Under the pieces are notes generated by a model. The model ran no database searches, was not told the origin of the DNA, and was given only the letters and a program-made list of their open reading frames with translations. Positions 49,956 through 61,057 of a DNA stretch of 64,000 nucleotides are shown here, piece by piece. Every line of letters starts with the position of its first letter. Positions within the stretch are counted from its first letter, which is position 1. The stretch lies in the NCBI RefSeq assembly GCF_003334315.1, contig NZ_QOWR01000005.1; one strand, given 5' to 3'. The stretch comes from Escherichia coli (GTDB lineage: Bacteria > Pseudomonadota > Gammaproteobacteria > Enterobacterales > Enterobacteriaceae). The position numbers and the translations under genes are program-made.

Positions 49956-51974
49956 TTAGACGGCAATAGCGATTAGCAGCACAACCAGTGCGGCGACCAC
50001 ATACAGGCAATAGAGACGAAAGTCGCCGCTTTGCAGATGCTGTATTTCTTTGGCCAGCCGTTGGGTGGCGCTCACGATGGGGCGGATCACCCGCTCATCC
50101 CAGAAGGGTTCTGTGCTCTGAGCCCTGGCGGTGACGTGCGCAAGACCTTTATTTAGCCTCAGCGTAGGGTCGAGCTGTTGTCGTAGACGAAATAGCGCAG
50201 AAAAGACCACACGCAGCGGCTGCATCACGCCATTGCCTGACGGGGCCATCGCATTTTCCCAGCTGTAGCCGCATGCCCAGGCATCTCCTGTGCGACGAAA
50301 CGCTGCGCGGCGCGAACGACACCACAGCCAGTAAAGGCCAGGCAGCAAAGGCATCGCCAGTAGTAACAGCAACAGTAATGAAGGAGTGACCCGTGTATGA
50401 AACGTGCCGGGTACAAGTGCTATTCCGCTGGCGACAGTGACGGGAGGGGTATCGGTAAACGCATGGGCAATATGCATTATCTTCGGTGCCAGCCAACTGG
50501 CACTAAGCGCAATTAATACGCAGAGTGCCGCGAGCAGTAGCATGGCGACGATCATCGTATTTGGCACTTCCTGTGCCTCTTCAGCGTGTGTACTGCGCGG
50601 CGCACCACAGAAAGTAATACCGTACATTTTTACGAAGCACATTACTGCCAGCCCACCAGTGACTGCCAGCATTACCATAGCAATAGGACCCGCAAGTTGT
50701 AGCGCTACGGCTTCCACACGACTTAGTGAGAACAGCGACTGCCAGGTGTACCATTCGCTGATAAAATCATTCAGCGGAGGAAGGGCTGATATCGCCAGGC
50801 AACCAATCAGGCATGCTGCGGCTGTCCACGGCATCCGTTTCGCCAGTGCCCCCATTTTTTCCATGTCGTGGGTATGCAAACGCGAAATAATCGCGCCCGC
50901 GCCGAGAAATAGCAGCCCTTTGAACAGCGCATGGTTGAGCAGATGAAACAGTGCGCCGAGCAGTCCAACCACGGTGAGCAGCGGGTCGTGCAGTGACAGA
51001 CCGACCATCGCCACACCGACCGCCAGCAAAATAATGCCGACGTTTTCGACGGTACTCCAGGCCAGTAGCCGTTTGATATCCTGTTCCGCCAGCGCATACA
51101 GCACGCCCAGGAGCGCGGAGATTGCGCCGATCGCCATCACCAGAATGCCCCACCACAGCGGCAAACCCGTTTGCGCCAGCAGATCCATCGCCACTTTCAG
51201 GATGCCGAAAATACCGATTTTGACCATTACGCCAGACATCAACGCTGAAGCGTGCGATGGTGCGGCAGGGTGAGCGCGCGGCAACCAGCTGTGCAACGGC
51301 ATCATCCCGGCTTTCGCGCCAAAACCGAAAAAGGCCAGCAGGAACACCGCCGACGCCAGCCCCGGAGAAAGTGAAAGCGTGCGGAAACTGGCAAAATCGA
51401 GGCTGCCGCTTTCGCGCCCCATCAGCAAGAAGGCGATCATTATCAGCACCGATCCGGCGTGGGCGATAAAAAAGTAGAGCATGCCAGCGTTGATCGACGT
51501 TTTATCCTGCCTGGCAATGACCAGAAACCAGGAAGACAGCGACATCATTTCAAACAGCACGATGAACCAAAAAGCGTTGTCCATCACCAGCAGGGCAACC
51601 ATCGATGCGATGAAAAGATTCATAAAGAAGCCCATCGCCGCCGCGCCTTTGCCCTCGTATTCGCGCATATAAGTCAATGAATAGAGCGAACAAACCACCA
51701 CCAGCAAGGAGATAACCAGCACCATAAATGCCGAGAGGCTATCCATTCGCAGGGTTAAATCGGCAAAGTCAAAAGGGGTGGCAAAATGGGCGACTAAAGT
51801 TACACCAGCATGTAATTGCGTAATTCCGCTGATGATGCCAATCACGCCGCCCACCAGCGATGTGATGCTGGAAAGCTTAATAGCCAGTCTGTCCAGACCG
51901 AGTAAAAACAGCGAAGCCAGACTGGCAAACAGATAGAGGATCAGCGACCAGGTTAATAATTGCAGGGCATCCAT
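49956..51974 (-). CDS. hyfB: Hydrogenase-4 membrane subunit (NuoL-like antiporter)
   Basis: 672 aa; multi-TM. Confidence 0.93.
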   Translation of the reverse strand: MDALQLLTWSLILYLFASLASLFLLGLDRLAIKLSSITSLVGGVIGIISGITQLHAGVTLVAHFATPFDFADLTLRMDSLSAFMVLVISLLVVVCSLYSLTYMREYEGKGAAAMGFFMNLFIASMVALLVMDNAFWFIVLFEMMSLSSWFLVIARQDKTSINAGMLYFFIAHAGSVLIMIAFLLMGRESGSLDFASFRTLSLSPGLASAVFLLAFFGFGAKAGMMPLHSWLPRAHPAAPSHASALMSGVMVKIGIFGILKVAMDLLAQTGLPLWWGILVMAIGAISALLGVLYALAEQDIKRLLAWSTVENVGIILLAVGVAMVGLSLHDPLLTVVGLLGALFHLLNHALFKGLLFLGAGAIISRLHTHDMEKMGALAKRMPWTAAACLIGCLAISALPPLNDFISEWYTWQSLFSLSRVEAVALQLAGPIAMVMLAVTGGLAVMCFVKMYGITFCGAPRSTHAEEAQEVPNTMIVAMLLLAALCVLIALSASWLAPKIMHIAHAFTDTPPVTVASGIALVPGTFHTRVTPSLLLLLLLAMPLLPGLYWLWCRSRRAAFRRTGDAWACGYSWENAMAPSGNGVMQPLRVVFSALFRLRQQLDPTLRLNKGLAHVTARAQSTEPFWDERVIRPIVSATQRLAKEIQHLQSGDFRLYCLYVVAALVVLLIAIAV

Positions 51975-52591
51975 TAGCGTTGCTCCTGAGTGAGGGAAAG
52001 GGGATCCTCCCCGCCATTGGCAAACCAGCTTGCGGCAAGGCGCTGTTTTTCTTTCATCTGACGTTGCAGGCTATCGTCGGTGATCAGCCGTAACGCCTGA
52101 TTCGGGCAAGCGCGAACGCAGGCCGGACCTTCTGGCAAGAAATCACACAGGTCGCATTTCACCGCGACGGTCTGGACACCCGGTTCCCAGCGCAGCAACG
52201 CATGTTGGGGCAGCACGTTTTCTTCGCCGTTTTTGAGTGAGCCTTCAGCCTGAAAAACATATTGCGCATGGGCATTCACCGGACGGCTTCCTGAAGCGCT
52301 GATTGCGCCAAATGGGCAGACCACGGCGCAAAGCTTGCAGCCAATACAGAGGCTTTCGTTGAGTTGGATCGCATCATCCCTCTGAGAGATGGCATTGACC
52401 GGGCAGACCTGCAGGCAAGGGGCTTCCTCACAGTGATGACACACGACAGGGGCAGTGATTGTTGACGTCTTCGCCAGGGCCAGGCGCGGGTGTTGCTGTA
52501 AACCTTGCGTTTTATGCACGTCCGAACAGGCAGCGAGACAGGTATTACATCCTGTACACCACAGTGGTTCGGCCACCACAAAGCGGTTCAT
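51974..52591 (-). CDS. hyfA: Hydrogenase-4 Fe-S electron-transfer subunit
   Basis: 205 aa from the ATG at 52589-52591; multiple CxxCxxCxxxCP ferredoxin motifs; stop overlaps the hyfB start (TAATG). Confidence 0.92.
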   Translation of the reverse strand: MNRFVVAEPLWCTGCNTCLAACSDVHKTQGLQQHPRLALAKTSTITAPVVCHHCEEAPCLQVCPVNAISQRDDAIQLNESLCIGCKLCAVVCPFGAISASGSRPVNAHAQYVFQAEGSLKNGEENVLPQHALLRWEPGVQTVAVKCDLCDFLPEGPACVRACPNQALRLITDDSLQRQMKEKQRLAASWFANGGEDPLSLTQEQR

Positions 52592-52632
52592 GTCGGCTCC
52601 TTGAAAATGATATGAAACATTGCATTTCATAT

Positions 52633-52648
52633 TGCATAAAGGATGCCA
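52633..52648 (-). promoter_or_regulatory. Sigma54 (-24/-12) promoter of the hyf operon
   Basis: Minus-strand TGGCATCCTTTATGCA (GG and GC with consensus spacing) about 45 bp upstream of the hyfA ATG; the activator hyfR is encoded in the same operon. Confidence 0.6.
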
Positions 52649-52843
52649 TTCTGATTAACTCAATATATTCAATAAGTTATGTATTAACTGGATTCTGAAC
52701 GGTACAAAAATGATGGTCATTAACGTTCAGCAAAAAATGGATTCGACACCCGTGTCGCAGGGGAAAGCGAGAATGTGATCTTCATCACGAGAAGTGAGGT
52801 ATGCTGGCCGCAAGCGCAGCCAGCACGGAATGGAGCAAAGTAA

Positions 52844-53314
52844 TCAGGCGTGTTCTTTCAGCCAGTTCAGCACAACGTCGTGGTGATTGCTGGTTTTGAA
52901 ATCGTCAAAGACATGTTCGATTTTGCCATCAGCGTCAATCAGGAAGCTGATGCGATGAATGCCATCGTAGGTTTTGCCCATGAAGGACTTTTCACCCCAG
53001 ACGCCGAATTGTTCGCACACCTGGTGGTCCTCATCAGACAGGAGCGTAAAGTTAAGCAGCTCTTTTTCCGCAAAACGGGAGAGTTTTTCGGGTTTATCGG
53101 TGCTGATACCCAGCACATCAACGCCCGCTTTTTTCAACTCATCCATGTTATCGCGTAAGCCGCAGGCCTGTACGGTACAGCCGGGGGTCATGGCTTTCGG
53201 GTAGAAATAAACCAGAACACGCTGTCCCTGGAAGTCGGTCAAATTAACTTGTTCTCCGTCTTGATCCGGCAAGCTAAATTTCGGTGCGATATCACCGGCT
53301 TTCAGTGGATTCAT
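52844..53314 (-). CDS. bcp: Thiol peroxidase Bcp (peroxiredoxin)
   Basis: 156 aa; peroxidatic Cys motif TPGCT. Confidence 0.95.
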   Translation of the reverse strand: MNPLKAGDIAPKFSLPDQDGEQVNLTDFQGQRVLVYFYPKAMTPGCTVQACGLRDNMDELKKAGVDVLGISTDKPEKLSRFAEKELLNFTLLSDEDHQVCEQFGVWGEKSFMGKTYDGIHRISFLIDADGKIEHVFDDFKTSNHHDVVLNWLKEHA

Positions 53315-53886
53315 TACTTAACTCCATCCTGTTCATCATGTTGGGAATAATTGACGACGTTAATACTGCCTTGTGCATTGAGTTCTGTACATAGGGCTTT
53401 GAACGCTTGCTCAATATTTGCTGCGTCCGCAGATGCGGGGCTGTGGGCGGTTATCTGAATATGCAACTGCGCAGCCCGTTCATTTTCAGCAGGTTGCGTG
53501 CGCGACACCAGCTCCGCAATGTTCATATGATGCGCGTCGAAAAGTGCTGTGAAGCGTTCAATTAAATGCGGGGAGTCTGCCACATCGACCTGAACCCAGA
53601 CAGATGCTGGCATTGGCGGACGCGGACGCGCCGTCGTGCGCTTCATCACGATTAAAAGATCCAGTTCGGCACCTTTCAACGGTAACGTTGATTCAATCAG
53701 AGTAATGGCATTCCATGAACCGGAAAGCAGCATAATAAACGTGAACTCTTCTCCCAGCATCGCCAGGCGACTGTCTTCAATATTACAGCCGCAACTACTG
53801 ACATGACGGGTGATGGTGTTCACAATTCCAGGGCGATCGGCACCCAACGCAGTGATCACCAGATAATGTTGCGATGACAGTGTCAA
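53314..53886 (-). CDS. gcvR: Glycine cleavage system transcriptional repressor
   Basis: 190 aa from a TTG start at 53884-53886 with an AAGGA SD; tandem ACT domains; stop overlaps the bcp start by 1 nt. Confidence 0.9.
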   Translation of the reverse strand: MTLSSQHYLVITALGADRPGIVNTITRHVSSCGCNIEDSRLAMLGEEFTFIMLLSGSWNAITLIESTLPLKGAELDLLIVMKRTTARPRPPMPASVWVQVDVADSPHLIERFTALFDAHHMNIAELVSRTQPAENERAAQLHIQITAHSPASADAANIEQAFKALCTELNAQGSINVVNYSQHDEQDGVK

Positions 53887-54031
53887 ACTGGTTATTCCTT
53901 TAAGGGGTGAGTTGTTCTTAAGGAAAGCATAAAAAAAACATGCATACAACAATCAGAACGGTTCTGTCTGCTTGCTTTTAATGCCATACCAAACGTACCA
54001 TTGAGACACTTGTTTGCACAGAGGATGGCCC

Positions 54032-54910
54032 ATGTTCACGGGAAGTATTGTCGCGATTGTTACTCCGATGGATGAAAAAGGTAATGTCTGTCGGGCTAGC
54101 TTGAAAAAACTGATTGATTATCATGTCGCCAGCGGTACTTCGGCGATCGTTTCTGTTGGCACCACTGGCGAGTCCGCTACCTTAAATCATGACGAACATG
54201 CTGATGTGGTGATGATGACGCTGGAGCTGGCTGATGGGCGCATTCCGGTAATTGCCGGGACCGGCGCTAACGCTACTGCGGAAGCCATTAGCCTGACGCA
54301 GCGCTTCAATGACAGTGGTATCGTCGGCTGCCTGACGGTAACCCCTTACTACAATCGTCCGTCGCAAGAAGGTTTGTATCAGCATTTCAAAGCCATCGCT
54401 GAGCATACTGACCTGCCGCAAATTCTGTATAATGTGCCGTCCCGTACTGGCTGCGATCTGCTCCCGGAAACGGTGGGCCGTCTGGCGAAAGTAAAAAATA
54501 TTATCGGAATCAAAGAGGCAACAGGGAACTTAACGCGTGTAAACCAGATCAAAGAGCTGGTTTCAGATGATTTTGTTCTGCTGAGCGGCGATGATGCGAG
54601 CGCGCTGGACTTCATGCAATTAGGCGGTCATGGGGTTATTTCCGTTACGGCTAACGTCGCAGCGCGTGATATGGCCCAGATGTGCAAACTGGCAGCAGAA
54701 GGGCATTTTGCCGAGGCACGCGTTATTAATCAGCGTCTGATGCCATTACACAACAAACTATTTGTCGAACCCAATCCAATCCCGGTGAAATGGGCATGTA
54801 AGGAACTGGGTCTTGTGGCGACCGATACGCTGCGCCTGCCAATGACACCAATCACCGACAGTGGTCGTGAGACGGTCAGAGCGGCGCTTAAGCATGCCGG
54901 TTTGCTGTAA
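54032..54910 (+). CDS. dapA: 4-hydroxy-tetrahydrodipicolinate synthase
   Basis: 292 aa from the ATG at 54032; GAGGA SD. Confidence 0.97.
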   Translation: MFTGSIVAIVTPMDEKGNVCRASLKKLIDYHVASGTSAIVSVGTTGESATLNHDEHADVVMMTLELADGRIPVIAGTGANATAEAISLTQRFNDSGIVGCLTVTPYYNRPSQEGLYQHFKAIAEHTDLPQILYNVPSRTGCDLLPETVGRLAKVKNIIGIKEATGNLTRVNQIKELVSDDFVLLSGDDASALDFMQLGGHGVISVTANVAARDMAQMCKLAAEGHFAEARVINQRLMPLHNKLFVEPNPIPVKWACKELGLVATDTLRLPMTPITDSGRETVRAALKHAGLL

Positions 54911-54926
54911 AGTTTAGGGAGATTTG

Positions 54927-55961
54927 ATGGCTTACTCTGTTCAAAAGTCGCGCCTGGCAAAGGTTGCGGGTGTTTCGCTTGTTTTATTACTCGCTGCCTG
55001 TAGTTCTGACTCACGCTATAAGCGTCAGGTCAGTGGTGATGAAGCCTACCTGGAAGCGGCACCGCTTGCGGAGCTTCATGCCCCGGCTGGAATGATTTTG
55101 CCGGTGACCTCCGGTGATTATGCAATCCCGGTGATCAACGGTAGTGGTGCTGTCGGTAAGGCGCTGGACATTCGTCCACCAGCCCAGCCGCTGGCACTGG
55201 TTTCTGGCGCGCGTACCCAGTTCACGGGCGATACCGCTTCATTGCTGGTGGAAAATGGTCGTGGCAATACTCTGTGGCCGCAGGTGGTTAGCGTGCTGCA
55301 GGCGAAAAACTACACCATCACCCAACGTGATGATGCTGGTCAGACACTGACCACCGATTGGGTACAATGGAACCGTCTGGACGAAGACGAGCAGTATCGT
55401 GGTCGTTATCAAATCTCTGTTAAGCCGCAGGGTTATCAGCAGGCGGTTACGGTTAAACTGCTGAACCTGGAACAGGCGGGCAAACCGGTTGCAGACGCGG
55501 CTTCCATGCAGCGTTACAGCACGGAGATGATGAACGTTATTTCCGCCGGTCTGGATAAATCTGCCACTGACGCCGCGAACGCTGCGCAAAATCGTGCCTC
55601 CACCACTATGGACGTACAAAGTGCAGCTGATGACACCGGTTTACCAATGCTGGTCGTACGCGGGCCGTTCAATGTGGTTTGGCAACGTCTGCCAGCGGCG
55701 CTGGAAAAAGTGGGCATGAAAGTGACCGACAGCACCCGTTCGCAGGGCAACATGGCCGTAACTTATAAGCCGCTGTCTGACAGCGACTGGCAGGAACTGG
55801 GCGCGAGCGATCCAGGCCTGGCATCCGGTGACTATAAACTGCAGGTTGGCGATTTAGATAACCGCAGCAGCCTACAGTTCATCGATCCGAAAGGTCATAC
55901 TCTGACTCAGAGTCAGAACGACGCGCTGGTAGCTGTCTTCCAGGCTGCGTTTAGCAAGTAA
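54927..55961 (+). CDS. bamC: Outer membrane protein assembly factor BamC (lipoprotein)
   Basis: 344 aa; lipobox LAAC. Confidence 0.95.
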   Translation: MAYSVQKSRLAKVAGVSLVLLLAACSSDSRYKRQVSGDEAYLEAAPLAELHAPAGMILPVTSGDYAIPVINGSGAVGKALDIRPPAQPLALVSGARTQFTGDTASLLVENGRGNTLWPQVVSVLQAKNYTITQRDDAGQTLTTDWVQWNRLDEDEQYRGRYQISVKPQGYQQAVTVKLLNLEQAGKPVADAASMQRYSTEMMNVISAGLDKSATDAANAAQNRASTTMDVQSAADDTGLPMLVVRGPFNVVWQRLPAALEKVGMKVTDSTRSQGNMAVTYKPLSDSDWQELGASDPGLASGDYKLQVGDLDNRSSLQFIDPKGHTLTQSQNDALVAVFQAAFSK

Positions 55962-55965
55962 AAAT

Positions 55966-55996
55966 ACAGGGCTGGAATCATCCGGCCCTTTTTTCT
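55966..55996 (+). terminator. Intrinsic terminator after bamC
   Basis: GGGCTGGAatcaTCCGGCCC (one G-U pair) followed by TTTTTTC. Confidence 0.6.
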
Positions 55997-56004
55997 GATA
56001 TGAT

Positions 56005-56020
56005 ACGCAAACGTGTGCGT
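56005..56020 (+). promoter_or_regulatory. PurR operator (pur box) upstream of purC
   Basis: ACGCAAACGTGTGCGT matches the consensus ACGCAAACGTTTGCGT at 15 of 16 positions. Confidence 0.65.
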
Positions 56021-56066
56021 CGGCAGGAAAACGCGATTTTAGCGGTAATTCGCACGAAATTTGTTT

Positions 56067-56110
<44 letters not shown>

Positions 56111-56173
56111 ACATCCGGCACACCAGACAGCAAAAGATTTTAAAACGTTAATTCACACCCAGGAGTGATAAAG

Positions 56174-56887
56174 ATGCAAAAGCAAGCTGAGTTGTATCGT
56201 GGTAAAGCGAAAACCGTATACAGCACGGAAAACCCGGACCTGTTGGTGCTCGAATTCCGCAATGATACGTCAGCAGGGGATGGCGCGCGCATTGAGCAGT
56301 TTGATCGCAAAGGTATGGTGAACAACAAGTTCAACTACTTCATTATGAGCAAACTGGCTGAAGCGGGTATCCCGACTCAAATGGAGCGTCTGCTCTCCGA
56401 TACCGAATGTCTGGTGAAAAAGCTGGATATGGTGCCGGTTGAGTGTGTCGTGCGTAACCGTGCTGCGGGCTCTCTGGTGAAACGTCTTGGAATCGAAGAA
56501 GGTATTGAGCTGAACCCGCCGCTGTTCGATCTGTTCTTGAAAAACGACGCCATGCACGATCCGATGGTCAACGAATCTTACTGCGAAACCTTTGGCTGGG
56601 TAAGCAAAGAGAACCTGGCGCGTATGAAAGAGCTGACCTACAAAGCGAACGACGTGCTGAAAAAACTGTTCGATGATGCTGGTCTGATTCTGGTCGACTT
56701 CAAGCTGGAGTTTGGCCTGTACAAAGGTGAAGTCGTACTGGGCGATGAGTTCTCTCCGGACGGCAGCCGCCTGTGGGACAAAGAAACGCTGGAGAAAATG
56801 GACAAAGACCGTTTCCGCCAGAGCCTCGGTGGCCTGATCGAGGCCTATGAAGCCGTCGCCCGCCGCCTGGGTGTACAGCTGGACTGA
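56174..56887 (+). CDS. purC: SAICAR synthetase
   Basis: 237 aa from the ATG at 56174; SD AGGAGTG. Confidence 0.97.
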
Positions 56888-57054
56888 TTTTTCTGTTCAT
56901 CATCTTGCCGTGCAGCTGGCACGGCAAGACAACCGCTCTCGGAAGATGTGCATTGAACGCTCATTCCTCCGCCATTTCATCCCGCTTTCCTGTGGTAATC
57001 TTCCTCTGAACCACCTACGATCATTTCTATAATGAATATATTGTTGAGGTATCT

Positions 57055-57918
57055 ATGCGTTGGCAAGGGCGACGTGAAAGTGACAATGTTGAAGACAGGC
57101 GCAACAGCTCTGGTGGTCCGTCTATGGGCGGTCCCGGTTTTCGCCTGCCAAGCGGTAAAGGCGGGCTGATTTTACTGATAGTCGTGCTGGTTGCAGGCTA
57201 CTATGGCGTTGATTTAACCGGGTTGATGACCGGGCAGCCGGTTTCTCAACAGCAATCAACGCGGTCAATTAGCCCAAATGAGGACGAAGCCGCAAAATTC
57301 ACCTCAGTGATTCTGGCAACCACGGAAGATACCTGGGGACAACAGTTCGAAAAGATGGGTAAGACCTATCAGCAACCGAAGCTGGTCATGTACCGTGGAA
57401 TGACGCGTACCGGATGCGGGGCGGGCCAGTCCATAATGGGGCCGTTCTATTGCCCGGCGGATGGCACGGTTTATATCGATCTCTCCTTCTATGATGACAT
57501 GAAAGACAAACTTGGCGCGGATGGCGATTTTGCCCAGGGGTACGTTATCGCCCATGAAGTCGGTCATCATGTGCAGAAACTGTTAGGCATCGAGCCGAAA
57601 GTTCGTCAACTGCAACAAAACGCGACGCAGGCGGAAGTGAACCGCTTATCTGTGCGTATGGAACTCCAGGCCGACTGTTTTGCCGGTGTCTGGGGGCATA
57701 GTATGCAGCAGCAAGGCGTTCTGGAAACCGGCGATCTGGAAGAGGCGCTGAATGCGGCGCAGGCCATCGGCGATGACCGTTTACAACAGCAAAGTCAGGG
57801 GCGAGTAGTACCAGACAGTTTCACTCATGGCACTTCTCAGCAACGCTACAGCTGGTTTAAACGTGGTTTCGACAGCGGCGATCCGGCACAATGCAATACT
57901 TTTGGTAAAAGCATTTAA
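57055..57918 (+). CDS. ypfJ: Putative neutral zinc metallopeptidase YpfJ
   Basis: 287 aa; N-terminal TM segment; HEVGHH motif. Confidence 0.88.
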
Positions 57919-57932
57919 CTTCCGGGGCAGGG

Positions 57933-59948
57933 ATGGCTGAACTGACTGCGCTTCACACATTAACAGCGCAAATGAAACGTGAAGGGATCCGCCGCTTACT
58001 GGTGTTGAGCGGGGAAGAGGGTTGGTGTTTTGATCATGCGCTTAAGTTACGTGATGCCTTACCTGGCGACTGGCTGTGGATTTCGCCGCAGCCAGATGCT
58101 GAAAACCACTGTTCTCCCTCGGCACTACAAACTTTACTTGGGCGCGAGTTCCGGCATGCGGTATTCGACGCCCGCCACGGCTTTGATGCCGCTGCCTTTG
58201 CCGCACTTAGCGGAACGTTGAAAGCGGGAAGCTGGCTGGTTTTGTTACTCCCTGTATGGGAAGAGTGGGAAAACCAACCTGATGCCGACTCGCTGCGCTG
58301 GAGTGATTGCCCTGACCCTATTGCGACGCCGCATTTTGTCCAGCATTTCAAACGCGTACTTACGGCGGATAACGACGCTATCCTCTGGCGGCAAAACCAG
58401 CCGTTCTCGTTGGCGCATTTTACTCCCCGTACTGACTGGCACCCCGCGACCGGCGCACCACAACCAGAACAACAGCAACTCTTACAGCAGCTACTGACCA
58501 TGCCGTCGGGCGTGGCAGCGGTAACTGCTGCGCGTGGGCGCGGTAAATCGGCGCTGGCAGGGCAACTCATTTCTCGTATTGCGGGCAGTGCGATTGTCAC
58601 CGCGCCCGCAAAAGCGGCAACGGATGTACTGGCACAATTTGCGGGCGAGAAGTTTCGCTTTATTGCGCCGGATGCCTTGTTAGCCAGCGATGAACAAGCC
58701 GACTGGCTGGTGGTCGATGAAGCCGCAGCCATACCTGCGCCGTTGTTGCATCAACTGGTATCGCGTTTTCCTCGAACGTTGTTAACCACTACGGTGCAGG
58801 GCTACGAAGGCACCGGACGTGGTTTTTTGCTGAAATTTTGCGCTCGCTTTCCGCATTTACACCGTTTTGAACTGCAACAGCCGATCCGCTGGGCACAGGG
58901 ATGCCCGCTGGAAAAAATGGTTAGTAATGCACTGGTTTTTGACGATGAAAACTTCACCCATACACCACAAGGCAATATCGTCATTTCCGCATTTGAACAA
59001 ACGTTATGGCGAAGCGAGCCAGAAACGCCGTTAAAGGTTTATCAGTTATTGTCTGGTGCGCACTACCGGACTTCGCCGCTGGATTTACGCCGGATGATGG
59101 ATGCACCAGGGCAATATTTTTTACAGGCGGCTGGCGAAAACGAGATTGCCGGAGCGCTGTGGCTGGTGGATGAGGGGGGATTATCTCAACAACTCAGTCA
59201 GGCGGTATGGGCAGGTTTTCGTCGCCCGCGGGGTAATCTGGTGGCCCAGTCGCTGGCGGCGCACGGCAGCAATCCACTGGCGGCGACATTGCGTGGACGG
59301 CGGGTCAGCCGGATAGCAGTTCATCCGGCTCGTCAGCGGGAAGGCACAGGGCGGCAACTTATTGCTGGTGCTTTGCAATATACGCGTGACCTCGACTATC
59401 TTTCGGTGAGTTTTGGTTACACCGGGGAGTTATGGCGTTTCTGGCAACGCTGCGGTTTTGTGCTGGTGCGAATGGGTAATCATCGTGAAGCCAGCAGCGG
59501 TTGCTATACGGCGATGGCGCTGTTACCGATGAGTGATGCGGGTAAACAGCTGGCTGAACGTGAGCATTACCGTTTACGTCGCGATGCGCAAGCTCTCGCG
59601 CAGTGGAATGGCGAAATGCTTCCTGTTGATCCACTAAACGATGCCATCCTTTCTGACGACGACTGGCTTGAACTGGCCGGTTTTGCTTTCGCTCATCGTC
59701 CGCTATTAACATCGTTAGGTTGCTTATTGCGTATGCTACAAACCAGTGAACTGGCATTACCGGCGCTGCGTGGGCGTTTACAGAAAAACGTCAGCGACGC
59801 GCAGTTATGTACCACACTTAAACTTTCAGGCCGCAAGATGTTACTGGTCCGTCAGCGGGAAGAGGCCGCGCAGGCGCTGTTCGCACTTAATGATGTTCGC
59901 ACTGAGCGTCTGCGCGATCGCATAACGCAATGGCAATTTTTTCACTGA
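57933..59948 (+). CDS. tmcA: tRNA(Met) cytidine acetyltransferase TmcA
   Basis: 671 aa; helicase-like Walker A (ARGRGKS) plus GNAT region. Confidence 0.92.
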   Translation: MAELTALHTLTAQMKREGIRRLLVLSGEEGWCFDHALKLRDALPGDWLWISPQPDAENHCSPSALQTLLGREFRHAVFDARHGFDAAAFAALSGTLKAGSWLVLLLPVWEEWENQPDADSLRWSDCPDPIATPHFVQHFKRVLTADNDAILWRQNQPFSLAHFTPRTDWHPATGAPQPEQQQLLQQLLTMPSGVAAVTAARGRGKSALAGQLISRIAGSAIVTAPAKAATDVLAQFAGEKFRFIAPDALLASDEQADWLVVDEAAAIPAPLLHQLVSRFPRTLLTTTVQGYEGTGRGFLLKFCARFPHLHRFELQQPIRWAQGCPLEKMVSNALVFDDENFTHTPQGNIVISAFEQTLWRSEPETPLKVYQLLSGAHYRTSPLDLRRMMDAPGQYFLQAAGENEIAGALWLVDEGGLSQQLSQAVWAGFRRPRGNLVAQSLAAHGSNPLAATLRGRRVSRIAVHPARQREGTGRQLIAGALQYTRDLDYLSVSFGYTGELWRFWQRCGFVLVRMGNHREASSGCYTAMALLPMSDAGKQLAEREHYRLRRDAQALAQWNGEMLPVDPLNDAILSDDDWLELAGFAFAHRPLLTSLGCLLRMLQTSELALPALRGRLQKNVSDAQLCTTLKLSGRKMLLVRQREEAAQALFALNDVRTERLRDRITQWQFFH

Positions 59949-60021
59949 CTCCTTCAATTTTCTCCCATGGTCATTGTGAGTCAGCGGCGTAAAATTAATG
60001 ACATCAGTTAAGGAGTTCGCC

Positions 60022-60720
60022 ATGAAACATGACCATTTTGTTGTTCAAAGCCCGGATAAACCTGCGCAACAGTTGTTACTGCTTTTCCACGGTGTCGGGG
60101 ATAACCCGGTGGCAATGGGGGAAATAGGTAGCTGGTTTGCACCGCTGTTTCCTGATGCGCTGGTGGTGAGTGTCGGTGGCGCGGAGCCGAGCGGTAATCC
60201 GGCGGGGCGTCAGTGGTTTTCGGTGCAGGGTATTACGGAAGATAATCGCCAGGCGCGTGTGGATGCGATCATGCCGACGTTTATTGAAACGGTGCGCTAC
60301 TGGCAGAAACAGAGCGGAGTAGGGGCTAACGCCACGGCGCTAATCGGTTTCTCTCAAGGCGCGATTATGGCGCTGGAGAGCATTAAAGCCGAACCGGGCC
60401 TTGCTTCGCGCGTCATTGCCTTTAACGGACGCTATGCGAGCCTGCCGGAAACCGCGTCTACAGCAACGACAATTCACCTGATTCATGGTGGTGAAGATCC
60501 GGTTATCGATCTGGCGCATGCGGTTGCGGCGCAGGAAGCGTTAATCAGTGCCGGTGGTGACGTGACGCTGGATATCGTGGAGGATTTAGGCCATGCGATC
60601 GACAATCGCAGTATGCAATTTGCCCTGGATCACTTGCGTTATACCATTCCTAAACATTATTTCGACGAAGCGCTAAGTGGCGGTAAGCCTGGCGATGATG
60701 ATGTGATTGAAATGATGTAA
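60022..60720 (+). CDS. ypfH: Alpha/beta-hydrolase esterase YpfH
   Basis: 232 aa from the ATG at 60022 with an AAGGAG SD; GFSQG nucleophile elbow. Confidence 0.88.
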   Translation: MKHDHFVVQSPDKPAQQLLLLFHGVGDNPVAMGEIGSWFAPLFPDALVVSVGGAEPSGNPAGRQWFSVQGITEDNRQARVDAIMPTFIETVRYWQKQSGVGANATALIGFSQGAIMALESIKAEPGLASRVIAFNGRYASLPETASTATTIHLIHGGEDPVIDLAHAVAAQEALISAGGDVTLDIVEDLGHAIDNRSMQFALDHLRYTIPKHYFDEALSGGKPGDDDVIEMM

Positions 60721-60734
60721 AAGACAGATTACCA

Positions 60735-60815
60735 GGCCTGATAAGACGCGTGAGCGTCGCATCAGGCATCGTTCACCATTGCCGGATGCGGCGTGAACGC
60801 CTTATCCGGCCTACG
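60735..60815. repeat. BIME: two REP elements
   Basis: GGCCTGATAAGACGCGTGAGCGTCGCATCAGGC and TGCCGGATGCGGCGTGAACGCCTTATCCGGCCTACG. Confidence 0.7.
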
Positions 60816-60829
60816 GTTGAGCACTCAGC

Positions 60830-61030
60830 TTACTTCTTCGGTTGATCCTTTTTCGGCCAGTCGTCGTCATCGTCCCACTTATCGTTGAAATCACGATGCG
60901 GGGGAAGCTCCGGCTTGTTGGCGAGAAATTTCTTATGGTCGACGCGCTTGAGATCTTTAATCACGTTCAGCAGGACGCCTACCAAAAAGACAATCACCAG
61001 AATCCACCAATATTTAGCCAGCCAGTCCAT
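60830..61030 (-). CDS. ypfN: Small membrane protein YpfN (UPF0370)
   Basis: 66 aa from the ATG at 61028-61030; N-terminal TM segment, acidic/basic C-terminus. Confidence 0.8.
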
Positions 61031-61057
61031 GCTTATTTCCTCTTGCAGAACCACTCA

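Noticed and set aside
48964-49966. Treating the 111-codon and 239-codon fragments at hyfC as two separate small genes
   Set aside because: Together they reconstruct a single HycD/NuoH-like protein with exactly one base missing, so a frameshifted single gene is the simpler explanation.
58034-58732. 232-codon minus-strand ORF inside tmcA, and similar shadow ORFs in hyfG, bamB, ispG and xseA
   Set aside because: Shadow ORFs on the opposite strand of confidently identified genes; low-complexity Ser/Ala/Cys-rich translations.
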